NCBI GenBank assembly: GCA_963843575.1
Contig: CAWJKZ010000013.1
Span: 64,001-128,000, forward strand
DNA length: 64,000 bases
DNA from: an uncultured Acidobacteriota bacterium
GTDB taxonomy: Bacteria; Acidobacteriota; UBA6911
Direction: 5' to 3'
Part shown: positions 60,353 through 64,000 of the stretch, in pieces
Numbering within the stretch: the stretch's first letter is position 1
Layout: each line of letters starts with the position of its first letter
The notes under the pieces: model-generated
Told to the model about the DNA's origin: nothing
What the model saw: the letters and a program-made list of their open reading frames with translations, nothing else
Databases searched by the model: none
Program-made: the position numbers and the translations under genes

Positions 60353-60810
60353 TGCGACGAGCCATCCTGATGCTGATCATCGCGGTTTGCGGCGCCGCGG
60401 CCGCGCCCTCGGGCCGGGCCCCACGTCCGCACGAGCCGGCCCGCATCGCCCCTGGGTTCTGGGAGCGGGCGAAGCCGATGATCGAAAGCCGCCTCGGCCT
60501 GCCCTACGTCTGGGGGGCGGCCGGCATGAAGAGCTTCGACTGCTCCGGTTTCGTCTGGCGCGTGCTCTGGGACAACGGCTACTTCATAAAGCGCACGACC
60601 GCGCGAAAACTGTACATGGCGCTCGGGTCCATCGCCTCCGACAGGCGATGGGAGTTCGGGAACATCGTCTTTTTCGATGACCTGAAACACTGCGGGATCG
60701 TTGCCGGGCCGCAGAGCTTCTATCACGCGCAGACTTCGATCGGGACAAACCTGTCGCGCTTCGACCCCTACTGGCGCCGGAAAATATGCTCCGTCCGGGC
60801 CCTGGAATGA
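60352..60810 (+). CDS. Secreted NlpC/P60 peptidase
   Basis: PYVWG, FDCSGF, HCGI and FYHA motifs. Confidence 0.88.
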   Translation: MRRAILMLIIAVCGAAAAPSGRAPRPHEPARIAPGFWERAKPMIESRLGLPYVWGAAGMKSFDCSGFVWRVLWDNGYFIKRTTARKLYMALGSIASDRRWEFGNIVFFDDLKHCGIVAGPQSFYHAQTSIGTNLSRFDPYWRRKICSVRALE

Positions 60811-60919
60811 CCCTGCCCGGCCGCCCGGCGACCGAGGTTCTGTAAGAAAGCAGCGGGTGGGCTTTGCGGCGCAATCCACAGCCCGGGACCGGGCCGCGTC
60901 GAGCCGACGCGGCCCACTG

Positions 60920-62332
60920 TCAGCGGGGGCTGCCGACATCGCCAAGGTTCACCTGCTCGCCCAGTTCCGGGACGCAGGTCTTCCAGTGAAGTGTGGTGCG
61001 GATCCGTTCGGCAAGGGCCGCGCTCGCGTCCGGTTCGCCGTGCACGACGAATGTCGTCCGGGGAGGCTCCTTGAAGCCCTTCAGCCACCGGAGGATTTCG
61101 TTCGAGTCCGCGTGCCCCGAAAACGATTCCATGGACTCGATGTGAGCTCGCACGGGGACGTCCTCGCCGTGGATCCGGATCGTTTTCGCACCGTCCTTGA
61201 TGAGCTGCCCGCGCGTGCCGTTGGATTGGAAACCCACGAACAGGATTGTGTTGCGCGGCTCCGGGATCCGGTACTTGAGGTGGTGGAGGATGCGGCCGCC
61301 GGTCGCCATTCCGCTGGCCGAGATTATGACGGAAGGGTAGAGCACGCTGTTGAGATCCTGGGACTCCTTCGGGGTGCGCACGAAGCGCAGGTTCGGGCAA
61401 AGCACAGGGCAGGTGCCGGTGGCCCTGAACAGCGCCTTGGCCTCGTCGTCGAAATCCGGAATGTGCCGGCAGAACAGTTCCGTTACGTTGATCGCCATCG
61501 GGCTGTCGACGTAGATGGGCAGGTCCGGGATGGCCTGGCGTTTTTTCAGCCCTCGGATCACGTACAACAGCGTCTGGGTGCGGCCCAGCGCGAACGCGGG
61601 GATGACCAGCACGCCCCCCCTTTTTGCCGTGCTGTTGATCACTTCGGCGATCTCACGGTCCGTTTCTTCCTCCGGGTGCGACCGGTTACCGTAGGTGGAC
61701 TCCAGGAGGAGGTAATCCGCTCTCTCGACGGGCTCCGGGTCGCGCAGGATGGGTGAGTCGTAGCGTCCGAGGTCGCCGGAGAACACGAGGCGAAGGGGGT
61801 TGCCGTTGCCTCCCACCTGCGCTTCGAGAATGGCGGAGCCCAGGATGTGGCCCGCGTCGAGAAAACGGACCCGCACGTCTTTGTCCAGCTGCAGTTCCTG
61901 GTTGTAGTCGATCTCGCGCAGGTGCTCGAGGGAGCGCTGGGCGTCTTCGACGGTGTAGAGCGGGAGGGCGGGTTTGTGTTTCGAGAACCCCTTCTTGTTG
62001 GCGAAGCGCGCGTCTTCTTCCTGGAGGTGCGCCGCGTCGAGAAGGCTGATTCGGCAGAGCTCGAGGGTCGCGGGAGTCGCCCAGGCTTCGCCGCGGAATC
62101 CCTGGCGGACGTAAACCGGCAGCATCCCGATGTGGTCGATGTGCGCGTGCGTCAGCAGCATGTGGTCGATCGAGTTGGCCGCTACAGGAGCCCCGGACCA
62201 GTTCATCAGCCTCAGTTTCTTGGCGCCCTGGAACATGCCGCAATCCACCATGAACCGGACTCTCCCGGTGTCGACCAGGTACTTCGATCCGGTGACCGTG
62301 CCGGCCGCCCCCAGAAAATGAATGCGCGTCAT
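60920..62332 (-). CDS. MBL-fold beta-CASP hydrolase (RNA-processing exonuclease family)
   Basis: GAAGTVTGS, THAHIDH, AGHILGS, ESTYG, FSGHAD and VHGE motifs. Confidence 0.92.
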   Translation of the reverse strand: MTRIHFLGAAGTVTGSKYLVDTGRVRFMVDCGMFQGAKKLRLMNWSGAPVAANSIDHMLLTHAHIDHIGMLPVYVRQGFRGEAWATPATLELCRISLLDAAHLQEEDARFANKKGFSKHKPALPLYTVEDAQRSLEHLREIDYNQELQLDKDVRVRFLDAGHILGSAILEAQVGGNGNPLRLVFSGDLGRYDSPILRDPEPVERADYLLLESTYGNRSHPEEETDREIAEVINSTAKRGGVLVIPAFALGRTQTLLYVIRGLKKRQAIPDLPIYVDSPMAINVTELFCRHIPDFDDEAKALFRATGTCPVLCPNLRFVRTPKESQDLNSVLYPSVIISASGMATGGRILHHLKYRIPEPRNTILFVGFQSNGTRGQLIKDGAKTIRIHGEDVPVRAHIESMESFSGHADSNEILRWLKGFKEPPRTTFVVHGEPDASAALAERIRTTLHWKTCVPELGEQVNLGDVGSPR

Positions 62333-62478
62333 CCAGCCATCCTCCCTCGGTTGATCCGCTCGAGTCTCTTGTAAAGGGTCGCGCATGTCAAGGCCGCACG
62401 GAAGGCTCCGTCCGCCCGTCTTTCGCGTGCGCCGGCTAAGTGCTACACTGCGATTCTTTGTCAAACCGGGTGATTGCG

Positions 62479-63168
62479 ATGATCCGATTGGTGAATGTCG
62501 AAAAATTCTTCGAGCACGGCGTCTCCAAGAGCTACGTGCTGCGGCGCATCAACCTCGAGGTCAAGGAGGGGGAGTTCGTCTCGATCATGGGCCCATCGGG
62601 CGCCGGCAAGTCGACCCTGCTGCACATCCTCGGCATGCACGACAGCTCGTGGACGGGCGAGTACTACTTCATGGGCCAGCCCGTCCACAGGCTGGGCAAG
62701 AAAGAGCGCGCGGAGCTGCACAAGAAAAACATCGGCTTCGTCTTCCAAAGCTATCACCTGCTGGACCAGTTGACCGTCTACGAGAATCTCGACATACCTC
62801 TCTCGTACCGCAATGTGGGGAGGAAAGAGCGGGAGAGCATGGTGTGCGACACTCTGGACAGGTTCCAGATCGTGGGAAAGAAGGACCTCTACCCGACCCA
62901 ACTCTCGGGCGGCCAGCAACAGCTCGTCGCGGTGGCGCGCGCGGTAATCGCCGGCCCCAGGCTGATCCTGGCCGACGAGCCGACCGGAAACCTGCATTCC
63001 AGCCAGGGACAAGAGATCATGGAGTTGTTCCGGAGGCTGAACCAGGAAGGCACGACTATCGTGCAGGTGACGCACTCGGAACGGAACGCCGCCTATGGTT
63101 CCAAGATCGTCCAGCTCGCCGACGGGTGGGTGGTTTCGGGTGGCACCTCGGCCGGGACAGGCACCTAG
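62479..63168 (+). CDS. ABC transporter ATP-binding protein (LolD/MacB-type)
   Basis: [15 protein letters not shown] and ADEPTGNL motifs. Confidence 0.95.
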   Translation: MIRLVNVEKFFEHGVSKSYVLRRINLEVKEGEFVSIMGPSGAGKSTLLHILGMHDSSWTGEYYFMGQPVHRLGKKERAELHKKNIGFVFQSYHLLDQLTVYENLDIPLSYRNVGRKERESMVCDTLDRFQIVGKKDLYPTQLSGGQQQLVAVARAVIAGPRLILADEPTGNLHSSQGQEIMELFRRLNQEGTTIVQVTHSERNAAYGSKIVQLADGWVVSGGTSAGTGT

Positions 63169-63437
63169 GGCTCGCGCAAGAATAATTTCACATTCTGCTG
63201 ACGGCTCCCCCGTCACCAATGCCTTTGTCTTTGATCTGCGTGGTCCGCGTCCATCCGCGTCCAAAGAAAAGCAGCCGCGAGGTGTTCTGAAACGCGACCG
63301 GATAGACCGCGAGTTGGCCGGTAAGCTTCGGGACAGGCTGGGGTCGGCAACCGGGTCAGGTCTTGAGGATCGGGTCGCCGGAGGATCTGGATTCCCCGCA
63401 CAACCCGGTTCTCAGGACCTGACCCACGCTGCCCGTT

Positions 63438-64000
63438 CTAGGAGGACTTCTTGCCCTTCACGGACGAGTCGAGTTCCTGCTGCGCTTCCCATACCAGGCG
63501 CAACGTGCTCTTGGCCAGGTAGTCGGCATCCTGGAACTGTCCGTTCTCGAGTTGTGTCGTGATCTTGGCCAGCTTCTCCTCGGCGTCCTTGCATACCTCG
63601 AGGATGGTTTGCTTCTTGGCGGCCGGGACCTTGGCGCCGCCCGCGTCGAGCGCATCCTTCAAAGCCTTGGCGCGCTTTTCGAGCGTCGTCTGGTTGTTCT
63701 TGATCTCGGTGATCTTGGCGTCCTTCTTGTTATGGGCCAGGTCTCGAGCCTTCTCGTAGCGCGTTTTCGCCTTCAGCAGGACCCGGGTGGCATCCCCCCA
63801 TTTTTCCTTGGCGATGTAGCCCTGGGCTTCGCCGAAAGACTGTTCGGCGGCTCTCCAGTCGTCAGGCGCAAACTGGTCGGCATACTCGGCCTTTGCGGCC
63901 AGCTGGGCCTTCTCGGTTCTTTCGATCTGCTCGGTGGGTTTCCCGGAGCAGCCGTACGTGCACAGCACGAGCACGGGGATTAGCAGAAATAAAAGACGGA
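63438..64000 (-). CDS. Helical lipoprotein (DUF4398-like), start beyond window edge
   Basis: Lipobox-like YGC followed by A..EYA..FAP and coiled coil. The frame is open to the window end. Confidence 0.6.
   Translation of the reverse strand, partial: RLLFLLIPVLVLCTYGCSGKPTEQIERTEKAQLAAKAEYADQFAPDDWRAAEQSFGEAQGYIAKEKWGDATRVLLKAKTRYEKARDLAHNKKDAKITEIKNNQTTLEKRAKALKDALDAGGAKVPAAKKQTILEVCKDAEEKLAKITTQLENGQFQDADYLAKSTLRLVWEAQQELDSSVKGKKSS

Noticed and set aside
1-64000. tRNA (including tRNA-Sec), rRNA, riboswitches, transposases
   Set aside because: None recognised by eye. A tRNAscan/Infernal run is needed to exclude them.

Overview
GC-rich bacterial window. The sulfatase-TPR, MacB-type permease and secreted glycan-active genes suggest an anaerobic Acidobacteriota-like organism (inference only). 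The main feature is a ~14.3 kb energy-conservation operon (4405-18732). In it, an hdrC-hdrB-hdrA-mvhD-mvhG-mvhA cluster is interrupted inside hdrA by a [FeFe]-hydrogenase-type block: a DRTGG/kinase/Fe-S sensor/PHP cassette plus hydC-hydD-hydB. The HydA/NuoG-type Fe-S arm is fused to the C-terminal half of HdrA in place of an H-cluster domain. The [NiFe] large subunit has an in-frame TGA followed by a bacterial SECIS-like hairpin, at the second (bridging) Cys of the N-terminal RxCGxC motif rather than the usual [NiFeSe] position. A Cys-tailed MarR regulator and an NtrB/NtrC-type pair are transcribed divergently from the operon. The rest of the window holds metabolic and housekeeping genes (folD, fucI, rhaB-like kinase, cysK/cysE, trpB2, an OYE-PreT/GltD fusion, an MttB-like protein, an EgtB/OvoA-like protein, ABC efflux, glycoside hydrolases), REP/MITE-like intergenic repeats and a phage-tail/PilZ chimera. 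Seven frameshifts, each correctable by removing one base, point to assembly error. All family calls come from motif recognition, with no database search.
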